Below, piece by piece: positions 51,300 to 63,335 of a DNA stretch of 64,000 nt. The stretch covers positions 70,741,727 to 70,805,726 of the forward strand of contig NC_068984.1 in NCBI RefSeq assembly GCF_001194135.2. The letters run 5' to 3'. Source of the DNA: Octopus bimaculoides (Eukaryota). Numbering within the stretch: the stretch's first letter is position 1; each line of letters starts with the position of its first letter. The notes under the pieces are model-generated. The model had not been told where the DNA came from, did no database searches, and saw only the letters and a program-made list of their open reading frames with translations. The translations under genes and the position numbers were made by a program.

Positions 51300-51605
51300 T
51301 GCAATGACAATATTGACCAAGGTTACCGTGGTCTTTTCCATAAGCTTTTCTTTCCACGGCTAAACCTAAACTGTCCTCCCCTCTTTTTACACGAGAACAT
51401 TACTGTGATACATGATCCCTATTGATCGCTTTTTTTTTTTTCTCGGTCCCTTTTGATTGAACTCCCCCCCTTTTTTTCCTTCCTACGATCCCTTTTGATC
51501 GACACCCACCCCTACTTTTTTTTTTCCTTCCCCCTCCCAAAAAGAAAAGCTCTACATTGTATTCGTCCCATCTTTGTTGAGCCCTGTGTGGCTAATAAAA
51601 GAAAT
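51300..51605 (+). mobile_element. Probable LINE 3' UTR/tail ending ccctgtgtggctaataaaagaaat
   Basis: CpG- and pyrimidine-rich segment ending in an AATAAA tail before a microsatellite. A decayed second copy of the terminal ~55 bp lies at 51718-51775. Clade (L1/Tx1?) not established. Confidence 0.45.
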
Positions 51606-52074
51606 GTATCTTTCTATCTATCTATCTTTCTATCTATCTATTTATCTATTTTTTTTCACAATCCTTTTGATCAGAATTCAAACCACTGTTTTTTCTCTTC
51701 TTCCTAAAAAGGAAAGGTCCACTTTGTATTTTGTCCTCTCTGTGTTCAGCCCTTTGTGACCAATACAGAAACATATCTGGGAACGTGAAACTCAGAGTAA
51801 CGGTTTTTTTTGTTATATTTCTGCTGCTTTTAAATAAAGTATATATATATATATATATATATATATCTACCACCTTCTCTCTCTGTCTCTCTCTCTCTCT
51901 TTGTTTCTCCCTCTCTCCATATATATATTTATATAATGGACTCCCCTGTCAAAGATGATGTATGAGCTTTCAGCTTTTTGACGATCATCCTGCATAAATG
52001 ATTTATTTATAGTGATCAAATATTTGTGTTGCACATTACCCTACTCTCACCATCACATTGACACTGTCTGAATA

Positions 52075-52232
52075 GGTGCACTGCATAGCATGCATCAGGT
52101 GTTGAAGTGATCACAGAGCAATGTATGATGAAGTGCTTTGCTCAAGAACGCAATGCATCACCTGATCTAGAAATTGAAATCATGATCATGTCATCATGAG
52201 TGCAACACCCTAACCACTAAGCCATGTGCCCT
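52075..52232 (-). mobile_element. tRNA-head CORE-like SINE, different subfamily
   Basis: Reverse complement reads ggcacatggcttagtggttagggtgttgcactcatg...gcgttcttgagcaaagcacttcat. Confidence 0.65.
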
Positions 52233-52244
52233 TGCATATATATG

Positions 52245-52280
<36 letters not shown>

Positions 52281-52342
52281 AACATACATATATACATTTA
52301 TGCATACACACACACATACATATCTATATATACATACATAGA

Positions 52343-52733
52343 TACTCTCTTTTACTCTCTTTACTCTTTTACATGTTTCAGTCAATTGACTTCGGCCATG
52401 CTGGAGCACTGCCTTTAGTCAAGCATATCAACCCCAGGACTTATTCTTTGAAAGCCTAGTACTTATACTATCGGTCCATTTTCCAAACCGCTAAGTTACA
52501 GGGACGTAAACACACCAGCATCGGTTGTCAAGCGATGTTGGGGGGACAAACACAGACACACAAACACACATATATATATACATATATATATACATATATA
52601 CACATATATATATACATATATACGACGGGCTTCTTTCAGTTTCCGTCTACCAAATCCACTCACAAGGGTTTGGTTGGTCCGAGGCTATAGTAGAAGACAC
52701 TTGCCCAAGGTGCCACACAGTGGGACTGAACCC
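52343..52733 (-). mobile_element. CORE+Nin composite SINE with internal (TA)/(TG) microsatellite
   Basis: Reverse complement: gggttcagtcccactgtgtggcaccttgggcaagtgtcttc (B-box and CORE CCTTGGGCAAGT)...gaagcccgtcg(TA)n...gatagtataagtact...ggggttgat (Nin-like)...tgaaacatgtaaaagagtaaagag tail. Confidence 0.88.
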
Positions 52734-53504
52734 ATTTTGTTTTTATAATGAGACATGTATACTTTTCATCATGATACCATCAAGATAATTGTAACTATGC
52801 TACACCTATTTAACAAGTTTTCACTTATTTAATTTTTATGCAAAGATGAATTTTCAGCACATTTATAATAGATTCTTTATTTCTGGTTAACCTCATTTCT
52901 TATATACCAAATCTGTTCAAAAACATGTTTCTTTCGATGATCTCAGACCAATATACCTGATACCAAACAGCCTACCACATTCTTAAAAAAAAAACCCTTC
53001 ATAATATAGCTGGATATATCATAGATATAAGGTAGCCTTTTCCATTTCACTTCCTTCAATTTACAATACAACTTGGGGGAATTTATTTTTTTAATTTATA
53101 CCACAATGAAAGAGTCAATATTTGGTGAATACCAATAACAACCAAAGTTCTATCCTGTTTGATTTTCATGTGCACCACAATGCATGATACAAAAAGCTTT
53201 TCATTACCAAATGAATAAAGACCCAAGACTCAATACAAGAAGACAGTTTATTGCTCACTGACAACACAGAATTAACCAATGATATGTCCCTATTGACAAA
53301 ATCAGATAGCATTTGCAGTATTGGATGCTTTCCAAAACTTTACAAGACATGCATACCTTTATATGTCATAAATAATGCATTCACACACACATACAGTTGT
53401 AAGTGCTAGAATACCATATTGGTTTTATTGTGTGTGTAAGTGTGAGTGTTAATGTATGTATGCATAAATACCTACATATATAGACATACACATACATTGA
53501 TACA

Positions 53505-53650
53505 AGCATAGCTGTATGGTAGGGAGCATAATTCACAACCACTGTATTTCAGGTTCAATTCCACTGCAAGTCTTCTATTATGCTCTCAAGCCAACCAAAG
53601 TCTTTTGATTGGATTTGGTAGATGGAAACTTAAAGAAGCCTGCTGTGTAC
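53505..53650 (+). mobile_element. CORE-type SINE 5' half, degraded
   Basis: caggttcaattccactgcaagtcttctattat...ccaaccaaagtc...ggatttggtagatggaaacttaaagaagcctgctg. Confidence 0.7.
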
Positions 53651-54026
53651 ATATATGTGTATGAGTCTGTGTGTATGTGTATATATATATGCATGTGTAC
53701 ATGTGTGATTGTGTGTATGAGTTGATATCTCTTTGTTTTGACATCATGTGATTGTTACAACTGTTGGCGTCATAGAGACAATAACCTTTGCTTCCAATCT
53801 TAATCCCCCCACTCATGTTGTTGTTGTTGTTGTTATCATTATTATTATTTTAACAAGGACACCCTGGGTAGCTGTATTTAACAAGATTTATTGTTTTTAT
53901 TATAACATTATCTTTACTCTCTTAGCTGACTGAGTGCATTTTTACTTGTTGAAGCATTACCACATAATACATGTACACATACATATGTACGTATATAATA
54001 TATACATACATATTATATATATACAG

Positions 54027-54082
<56 letters not shown>

Positions 54083-54871
54083 TGTGTGTATGTGTGTGTG
54101 CATCTGTTTGTGTGTATTATCTGCAAATACACAAGAACCTGTTAAACAACTTTTTACATGCTTTCATTCTCCTGTGGAAATGAAATTTCAGATGAAATGT
54201 CAAATTTCTGGTTGTCTTCTTTTCTCATACAACATGAATTCTATTCGCAGACACTATTGATTTTGTTTTGCAAAACTGAGAAACAAGTCATCAATGGAAC
54301 AATCTACCATATTCTTAAAAATACTTGATATTATTTCAAAACATATCATAGATAGGTGGCAGCATCTTTTATTTGACTTCCTAAACATACTCACTATTGA
54401 TATATTTATGTGGGTCAAATGTTTTAATTTAGAATACAACTTGCAGGAATTTGTTTTTTAATTAATACCAGGATGAAAGGGTCAATGTAGGTTGAACACC
54501 AATCAATCATGACAACCAAAGTTATATCCTGTTTGATTTTCTTGTACATCACTATGCATGATATGGAATTCTTTTAAACACAATGTTAAGAAAGACCCAA
54601 GACCCAACACATGAAACCAGCTTGTTGATCACTGACAAAACAGAATTAACCATTGATATATCTCCATGAACAAAATTGGATAGCATTTGCTGTATTGGAT
54701 TCATTCTCAACAGTTTACTTTCATAAGAAAATATGGGAAGCACAAATTCATGCTTATATCAAATTACGCACNNNNNNNNNNNNNNNNNNNNNNNNNNNNN
54801 NNNNNNNNNNNNNNNNNNNNNNNNNNNNNNNNNNNNNNNNNNNNNNNNNNNNNNNNNNNNNNNNNNNNNNN

Positions 54872-54910
<39 letters not shown>

Positions 54911-55689
54911 TATATGCATATGTCTGAGTATATACACATGTGTGTATGTGTGTGTGTGTGTATGTGCATCATCATCATCATCATTATATATTGTTCACTT
55001 TCAGTGCTGCTACAGGTTGAGTAGTTTGATGGCCTCCTGTCAGTTGGAAGACCCTGGTATGCTCTAGAGGCCTATTTTGATATGCTTCCTACTGCTAGAT
55101 GTGCTTTCTAATGCCATCCATTTTACAGAGTATTTTGGGAACATTTTTGTGCTACCAGTACTAGTGAGTTTGCCTGGCAAGTTGTAAGAATAAGGTGCCT
55201 AAAATGGCTTCTACAACTGAATGAGAATAAGAAAGTGCTATGGTGTTTCTGTGCAAGGTAATGAAAGAGGGTAAAATATGATTGAAAGAAACAGATTTGT
55301 AGTTGTGAGAGGGTGAGAGTGGACAGAGTAACAGAGTAGAGAAAGCACTATAATTAAAGGAAGTGTAGAAGGGGTTAGTCTCTAGGATTACTGACAAGGG
55401 AAGAATTGAGTCATCAATTTGATGAAATGGATTAGATAGAGCACTTTGAGCAATTCCTTATTAAAAGGGTAAAGATGAGTGGAAGGTATGAATTGAAAAG
55501 AAAATAAAAGTGTGAAATAGACAAGGGTGGCAAAGATCTAGAGGAAATCACTGAAAGAATGAGAAGTGTGGGGTATCATTGGAGGTTTAGGTCAAAGAGA
55601 CAGAGATGAGAGGGTGCAGAGGGAGAAGAGAGGCTGTGGGAAATGTTGAGTGAAAAAAATGGCAAAAGAGAGATTGACGTTGGTGACAG

Positions 55690-56400
55690 TAATGATAATA
55701 AGACTTCCATGCCTCTTTCTTATTACCATCAGTAAAGGCTTGTGTGCACGCCTCTATCATTTGAGATATACTCCTGTGTAATGATATCATGATTTTGTTA
55801 GATACACAATCTTGTAATCTGAAACACATCATACTTCTGATATTTAAGTCATAGAATCCATGCAAATCTCTTCCTTCTCTGTCTAAGGATATCCGACAGT
55901 TAGCTTCCCGTCTAACTTCTTAGTAATGTTTTCAGCTTTCAAAATTCTTACTTTCCAGATTTAACTTTTATAGCTTTAACTACTGTGTCATGCCACCATA
56001 GTGTCAACTTCTCTCTGGCCAGGGTCATGCACTTGCCTCATATCTTACAAGTAACCATCAGTAAGTTGTCTCATGAGAACTTACAGATGTTATCTATGCT
56101 ATAAGCCTCTATCATATGCTGTCGTGCATGTTAACGAAGATTTATTTAAACTTCTGAAAAAACTGAGTGATCTTTGAGCTTCCATGTCTTTCTTCTTTAG
56201 ATTCATATATGCCTCTGAATTTACTTATCTGTGATTCCGAAGTCTCTAACCATGAATCATTGCTGATTATTTTAGTGCATGTTTCCCCAGTAAAGGTATC
56301 AACATATGTAACAGCCTGAGTTGTGTTCCCACCAGATTGACAGATAGGTCATAAGGTGTCTGGTAGGTTTATTGAAGCATCTCTTGCAAATTGTTAGAAG
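55690..56400 (-). mobile_element. RTE-X ORF relic (endonuclease end to pre-RT linker)
   Basis: QSGGNTTQ, MVRDFGI, TLWWHDTVVKAIKVK (TWWWN...AIxxK) and DGNKKEAWKSYY (xKxEAWxxHY). Confidence 0.6.
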
Positions 56401-56769
56401 GATGATGTCACTACTCTTAGAGCCTTAAACATTCCTCATTGCTTATACTATAGTCATAGTCTCTGAGGACATCATACAAGCCTTCTTTGCATTGTCTAAC
56501 AATATCTTATGCTAAATTGTACATAATTCAACAAAATAAAATCTAGTTAGCTTAATGTATGGATCAATAAAGCATTATTATGGTACTATTGTTTCTGAAG
56601 GTTTTACATTTCTTTTTAAAGACATTCAAGTGTTCATCACTTTGCCCTCTTTTGAGCTCCTTATTTTCTCTATTACAAATAATTTAACACTTCCATTACA
56701 GATGCTTTCAATCTCTTTCTATATTAAAATTATTCTGATTTTACTTTCTGAAAATCACTCTAATAAAAT

Positions 56770-57900
56770 TTCACAAATGCTTTCAGGTTAGTTAAAGTTA
56801 GTTGTAAAGGAGTTCCTTCATTGTTGTCTGCACACGGTACTTGCTGTTCTTCAAGGTTTTCATTTGTAAGGGTCTCAGTATGCAATAGATCTAGAACATC
56901 ACCTGCTTCAAGTTCTTTAAACTTTTTCCATGCCACCTGTAGAAAGTTTTGTTCACTGAGCCTGTTTCAGTTGCAATACCTGTCTTACTAACTACATTTA
57001 AACATACTTTTTTTTCCAAGCCCTAATCAGATATTTATGCTTAAATTCTTCCCAGACAACTTCGATATTTTTTATTGCTTGCATAATGCAATTTTTCACA
57101 ATGGATTCATGTTTATCGTTAGTTACAATAATCAACTGACTTGAAGTTCTTTTGAGATAACTTCTTTGTCTCTAGAATATGTATGGCATGTGTTAGTGAA
57201 GTCGTGTTTGTTCGAATGATAATAACTTCAATAGGTTCACATATCTGAAGTGAAATGAAATTTGAAGTATGACCAGGAGATTTGTCTGGTAGGCTGTTTT
57301 TCGTGATATATATTTTTATATTATGTGTAGCAGTTTCATTTATCAATGTAAGTTTTATTTCTGTTGCTTCAGATGTATAGTGTGTTTGCTATGTTATGAA
57401 ACAAATATAACCTTAGATATCAAAGGATTTTTTTCATATGTAACAGTTTATTCAGCTTACAAATAAGTATCACAGGGTGCCTATTCTACCCTATGGAACA
57501 TTATGTAGATTCAAACTCATTAGCTACTTAGAAGGAATTCAGACACTAATGAAGAATTTTTGAAAATTTTATTGCTGCATGTAGCAAAAGAACACATGAG
57601 AAATTGCATTGCATAACAAAGGGGTCAGTAATAAGTACTTTGTGAATGTAATAAACTTTGATACAGCAATTCAAACATATGAAAAAATACATAAGAAAAA
57701 AGATGTACATAAAAAGAAGATATTTGCTGATCATCAACCTGATGCAAAAGAGAAATAATCTGGTTAAAACTTATTTGATTTTCTTGGTGGTCTGTGCAGT
57801 ACCAGTAAACAATTCTACATTGAAAAAATGAAAAAAGGTGAACAATATCATTAAGAGCTAATAGGAAATTCTTTCTTCTTTGGCAATTATACACTAACAT
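56770..57900 (-). mobile_element. pogo/Tigger transposase relic
   Basis: PDKSPGH...IEVIIIRTNTTSL...DKEVIS.NFK (DNAPGH...PPNTTSLxQPxDQxVIxxFK); EVVWEE...IRAWKK; acidic tail ELEAGDVLDLLHTETLTNENLEE. Confidence 0.6.
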
Positions 57901-59261
57901 TTTCATGTAAACAACACTCTTATGCTTTCTTCAGTCTTAGATCAAGCTAGAGCTTTGGATCTCTGAGGCCATTCAACCAATTGATTCTGTGGTTGAATCA
58001 GTCTCAGAGTCTATGAAGGAAACTCATAAATTTTTATCTTCTCTCCAATTAGCTGATGCTCCTATTAAAAATGAAACCTTGCAGAGATAACCTCTGAGAA
58101 ACATTGCAGTTTTGTCATGGTAGTTTTCAACCATGACCAAAGTACCCTATAAAGGCCAGCAGCTGCTTTTGTGGGCTACTCTTTGCCATTTCACTCTCTG
58201 CTGTTAGCTGCTTACACTCTTCTACTATGAATATGACAGATAAGAAGATGCTTAACTACAACTTCAGCTATATATTCAACATTTTTCTCATTGTATTATA
58301 CTATCCAAATCCTCATTGATTGTTCCTGTGATAAGTGAGTTAACAGACGATCTTTCCCATAATTCATTATGCAGTCTGAGCACAGTTTAACTGTGGAAGC
58401 TGTTTGTATTCAGAAACATAAGAAAGAATCTGAAACCCATAGCTGCTAAATCCTGAAAGTTTGGTTCTGCTGATCAAGAGTTACATTCTAAATGTATTAT
58501 CATAGAGCCTCATACATCTTCCCTGTGTGTACAGTTGATAATTGTTGGAGATGACTCTGGGCATAACAAGAAATGAATGTACAAGAATAATTTGCCAGCA
58601 GAAAATATTTATATGAAACTTGACACATACTCTTTATCAAACATTGAAACTATAGTGAAAGCTTAGAAAAACACCAAAGGTTCTAAGCTTTAGATCCAAA
58701 ATGTGCATATCCAATGTAGTAACATTAATAAGCCTTTTACAATATTTGGGCTAGTGACTAAATCTATCGTTTTACTCATGTACTATTTGAAATTAACAAT
58801 GGCTTGTTTTTTGTGAAAGATCAATCGATAAATTTGTGGAAAAGAAAAATCTGTGACAATTTCTCTTACATTGCCAATATTATTATAGGTGGTCAAGACA
58901 GGCAGAATGTGATGTAGTGCTAGAAAAATGTCTTGTAATCATTGAAAGGAGGAAGCTAGCTTTTAGTGTATCTAATTCTATTACATTTTCAACTTCAAAA
59001 CCCATCTAGCCAAACAACTTGGGAATTGTCAAATTAGTTGGATCCTGAATTGCTGAAACCACTTCTAGAGTTACCACTACCTATTAGACGTACAGTTCTA
59101 CAATTGGTGCATTGTATGTTTACCTGTGCCCAGTTAATGCTGTTGTTTTCTAATAAAATATATCCTCTCTACTGATCTACATTTTCTCTAGACTGGTAGG
59201 TATTTACATCTTTTGCTACATGGAAGAAATATCTTAGAAAGGTTGCGCTTCACAGTATCAT

Positions 59262-59424
59262 CATCATCATTATCATCATCATCATCGTTTAGTGTCCATT
59301 GTCCATTCTAGCATGGGTTGGAAAGTTTGACCAGGGCTGGCAAACTGGAAGGCTGCACCAGACTCCTGTCTGATCTGGCATGGATTTTTATGGCTGGATG
59401 CCCTTCCTAATGCCAACCACTCTA
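59262..59424 (-). mobile_element. RTE-X-type tail with (CAT)n
   Basis: (cat)n cgtttagtgtcc...ctagcatgggttgg...gctggatgcccttcctaatgccaaccactct. Confidence 0.85.
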
Positions 59425-59428
59425 AGAA

Positions 59429-61117
59429 GTGAAAGCAATACTTAACAAGTCAAAGAAATGGAAATCTCCAGGTATAGATAAGATTCCAAATTTTTGGCTA
59501 AACTCTTTAGCCATAGTACTCAATGAAGTTAGTCCAACACTGCAAAAGCCCAAAGTGGCTTACAGAAAGGATTACATATCTCTTACCAAAAACAAGAAAC
59601 TATTAACCCCCAAAAGCACTATCATCTAAAATGGAATAAATGTGGTGATAATTTTAGCATGCATAGCAAAACAAAAGTGCTGTTGTTACTCTTGGCCTCC
59701 GGAGGATACCTAGTGCTAAGGCTGCTGAAATAAATTTATAACGAAAAGAAACCATAAAGACAATAATGATAATCAAAGACCTCACGTTCAGTGGTGTTGA
59801 ATGTTGACACAGTCATAAAAGAACTCGAACAAGAACAAATTTACAAATACCTCGGAATAAATGAAGGGTGCTGCATTCAGCAAGCAAGTATCAAAGAGAT
59901 GACCAGGAAGGAGTGTTACAGGTGAGTTCAAGCAGTCCTAAAATCCGAGTTAAATTCATGTAACAAGGTGTTAGCTATAAATTCCTTAGCAGTTTTTGTT
60001 GTTATTTATAGTTTCAATATGTTGAACTGGAATATGAGTGAAATAAGGAAGACTGACAAGAAAATCCGTAAGCTGCTGACTTGCAATATGATGCACGACC
60101 CAAAGGCAGATGCAGATCGTCTTTAACTACCCAGAGCACAAGGAGGCCGAAGCTTGATCCAGTTTGAAACTTCCGACAAAACTACCACATCTGGACTGGC
60201 AAAATATCTTGAAACATCTAACAACTGGATGCTAAAGCTTGTTGAAAACAATGAAAGACGCGAGAAGCTTCATTCTGTTATGAAGGAGAGCAAAAAATTT
60301 TCAAGTGAGTTTATGCATGATACCTAGGCTGAATAGCATGTTGGAAGTGCAATAACTGTAGTTACAAAGAAGGTGAAATCAATTGCAAAGCAAAATGTGT
60401 TTGAACAATTGCCTGATAGTTGGGAACAAAAACCTCTGCATGGCAAATATGTTGCCCATAGCAAACAAGATGATGTAGACCAGAAGCACTCTCATCAGGG
60501 CTAAAGACAGAAAGTGAAGACTTTATCTCAGCTGCCCAAGACCAGGGCTTATTGAACTGGAACTATCAAGCCAATGTGATGAAAAATGGTGTGGGCCCAA
60601 AGTTCCAATACTGCAACAATGGGATAGAAACAATGGACCAATATCTACATTGGATAATGCGTCAGTATTATAAGATCAAAACTGCTGAGAAATAGTACAA
60701 GCACCACTCTGAGGCTGTAGCTGAGGGAGAAAATGTAACTAATCTTTGGGACTTTCCAGTATATACAGAGTGGGCCATCACAGCAAATAAACCAGATATT
60801 GTTGTAAAAGACCAAAGCAATAAAGTCTGTTTATTGATTGACATGAGCATACCCTGTGACCATAAATTCTCAACAAAAAAATTTGATATGCTCAGAAAAT
60901 ATAATGATTTACTAATCAAAATGGAGAAGATGTGAGATGTCACATCTTCTCCACTTTGATAGTTACAATACCAGTGATTGTAGGAACACTTGGATTGATC
61001 AAAAAAGGAACTGAAAACAATTTAAGAATGAACTCTGGCTTACCATCCATGCAGGAATTACAAAAGATTGTCTTAACTGGTACGTCGCAGGTATTGAAAA
61101 GTGCATTGTCGCTGTGA
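59429..61117 (+). mobile_element. R4/Dong-clade LINE, internally deleted, with RT C-terminus and RLE domain
   Basis: KWKSPGIDKIPNFWL; IKELEQEQIYKYLGINEG; LKSELNSCNKVLAINSLAV; LPRAQGGRSL; WEQKPLHGKY; ANKPDIVVKD...LLIDMSIPCD; IPVIVGTLGLIKK...LQKIVLTGTSQVLKSALSL* (stop 61117). RT domains 2-6 are missing. Confidence 0.93.
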
Positions 61118-61598
61118 ATTTACTTTCCTTCCCCCACCCCTTTATTTTATTTGTTTTTTTTTTAATTTAATTTTATATTTTTCTCTATCATATGACTTTG
61201 TAAATGAACAATCTGGTGTGTTTATTTTAATGACCTTCCAATGTATACAGTACATTTCTCTGCCTTAGGTGTCAGGAAGACACACGGCAAGAAATGGAAA
61301 CAGAATTGAAAGATGCTATTGAAAATAACGATAATAATAACAATAACAACAACAACAACAATAACCAGCTGGAACCGTAAAAACTTCACAGAAAACAAAA
61401 AAATGTAATCATCTGTAAATTGTGTGCAGGTGCCATGAGAAATGTGTCTATACTCTGACACTTACTGCAATATCCAATATTGACTGAGGACCCAGTATAT
61501 AGAATACGGTAATTAATTATATTGTGGGAAAGTAAAAGTAACATCCAATATTTGCTGTAGTTCTATATTTAAGAGATGAGAAATTATATACATTATTT

Positions 61599-61851
61599 GG
61601 GCATATGGCGTAGTGTTTAAGAGCATGGGCTACTAACCACAAGATTCCGAGTTTGATTTCAGGCAGTGACCTGAATAATAATTATAATAATAATTGTAAT
61701 AATAATATCAGAAAATACCTTAGGAATGAGAGCCCAGGTTCAAAATTTCCCCAAAACACCTGATGAAAGCTGGAGAGTATATCAGCCAAAACGTTGTGTT
61801 AACAACAAACAAGATGAGGACAAATATCCATCAAATGTAAATAATGTAAAT
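61599..61851 (+). mobile_element. tRNA-headed SINE-like element: tRNA head, (AAT)n, hammerhead module, (AATGTAAAT) tail
   Basis: A-box-like tggcgtagtgt (61606), B-box-like gagtttgatttc (61649), (AAT)n 61674-61706, hammerhead fold 61755-61800. Confidence 0.75.
61755..61800 (+). ncRNA. Minimal type-I hammerhead fold, G12 mutated in this copy
   Basis: AACAC-CUGAUGA-A-AGCUG(GAGAGUAUAU)CAGCC-AAAA-C-GUU-GUGUU. Stem I AACAC/GUGUU is perfect, ACGU palindrome and GUU site are present, and GAAA reads AAAA. Confidence 0.7.
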
Positions 61852-62984
61852 ATTTGCTGTGGTTATGTATCTGTCTATTCTGAAAATACCGATAAACATT
61901 TAAAAACACGAAACAAACGTCACCTTCCTTTCAGTTACCACTCACCCTCTGTCTCACTCCCTCTCTGTCCCTCTTCCCGCTTGCTTTACCGTTCACTTCA
62001 AGTATACCTCATCTACTTAACACTTTTTATTTTTATTTTTATTTCCACATCTCCTTTTAAATGTAGAAAAGTAACAGTAACATCCACAGGTATTTACTGA
62101 AAGAGAGAGAGTTTGTGTGTGAGAGAGAGGGAGGGGCAGACAGACATATAGATAAACAGATAGATGGATAGAGAGATAGGCAGATAGATAGATAGATAAA
62201 TAGACAGATAGACAGGCCACTGTTAGGACCAGATTAACACCCATAGATCTATGTGTCTACTTTTCTTTCGATGTATGCATCAGTCTACTCTTAAAATACT
62301 GATAACCATATTTCCTCTCGTCCTTTCAGCAACCACTTACTCTCTCTCTCTCTCTCTCACTCTTTCTCTTTCTCTCTCACTCCCTCTCTGTGTCTTCTCC
62401 CTCTTGTTGTACCACTTGCTTCAACTATACCTCTTCTGTATGGCTAAAAAGATTTTTCTGCCCCTGTATTGAATCTTCTTTCATTTTTTTCCAACCACTT
62501 GAAGGTTTATTATGCTCCAGTCCAATCAGCTGCCAAAGTGAGTCATAGCTGTAATTCAAAGATGCCATTCTTGTCACGTTCTGCATGAGGCTGAATCTTC
62601 CTGGGAACTATGTAAATGATATGCCTATCTGTGGAGTACACAGCCACTTGCATGTTAATTTTATCCTAGTGTGGTAATAAATAGTTGCTGTAGTTATTTG
62701 TCTTCGATTTACCAATATGTCTATATATCTACCTTTCTTTGGATCTATGAATCTACTTTTGTTTGATGTATATATCAGTCTACTCTGAAAATACTGATAA
62801 ACATTTATTGTCGCTTCCTATCAGTCACCACTCACTCGCTTCCTCTCACTCCCTCTCTGTCCCTCCTCTCTCTTTCTCTCTTTGTACCTCTCCCTTCAAC
62901 CTTTTCACCTCTACCTTTGAAGTAAGTGTGACACACACCACAAGTATGTACAAAACAAGCAAAACTAAGGATATTAATATTATT

Positions 62985-63120
62985 GATAAGGATCAGCTCT
63001 TAATTGATGATCAAATTAACAGGAGTTGCAAGATAAGACACACAAACCTGAGCATGGCATGGGCTGACTATCGTAAAGCATATAATATGATACCATAATA
63101 ATAATAATAATAATAATAAT
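62985..63120 (+). mobile_element. R4/Dong RT domain 2-3 fragment ending in (TAA)n
   Basis: KDQLLIDDQINRSCKIRHTNLSMAWADYRKAYNMIP*, followed by (taa)n. Confidence 0.85.
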
Positions 63121-63335
63121 CCTTTTCATTATAAGCACAGGGCCTGATTTTTGGGGGAAGGGTTAAGTTGATTACATTTCCAGTACCCAACTGGTACTTG
63201 TGTTTTTCATCCTCAAAAGGATGACAAGCAGAGTTGATCTTGGTGGAATTTGAACTCAGAGCACGAAGACAGATGAAATTCCACTCAGCATTTTGCCCAG
63301 TATACAGTATACTAATGATTCTGTTAGCTCACTAC
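63120..63335 (-). mobile_element. Nin/Deu-domain tRNA SINE, degraded
   Basis: agcacagggcc...aactggtact...aaaaggatgacaagcagagttgatcttggtggaatttgaactcag. Confidence 0.7.

Noticed and set aside
51288-51341. Apparent first coding exon on the minus strand (ATG...MEKTTVTLVNIVIAETIT|gtaagt) with a CpG-richer upstream region
   Set aside because: It lies antisense within a segment that ends in an AATAAA tail with a second decayed copy nearby, so it is more likely a retroelement 3' UTR. The peptide is unrecognised and no downstream exon chain was found.
61599-61673. tRNA gene calls for tRNA-like heads (also 40312-40385, 34095-34169)
   Set aside because: No acceptor-stem closure, and each continues into a SINE body. 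They are SINE heads, not tRNA genes.
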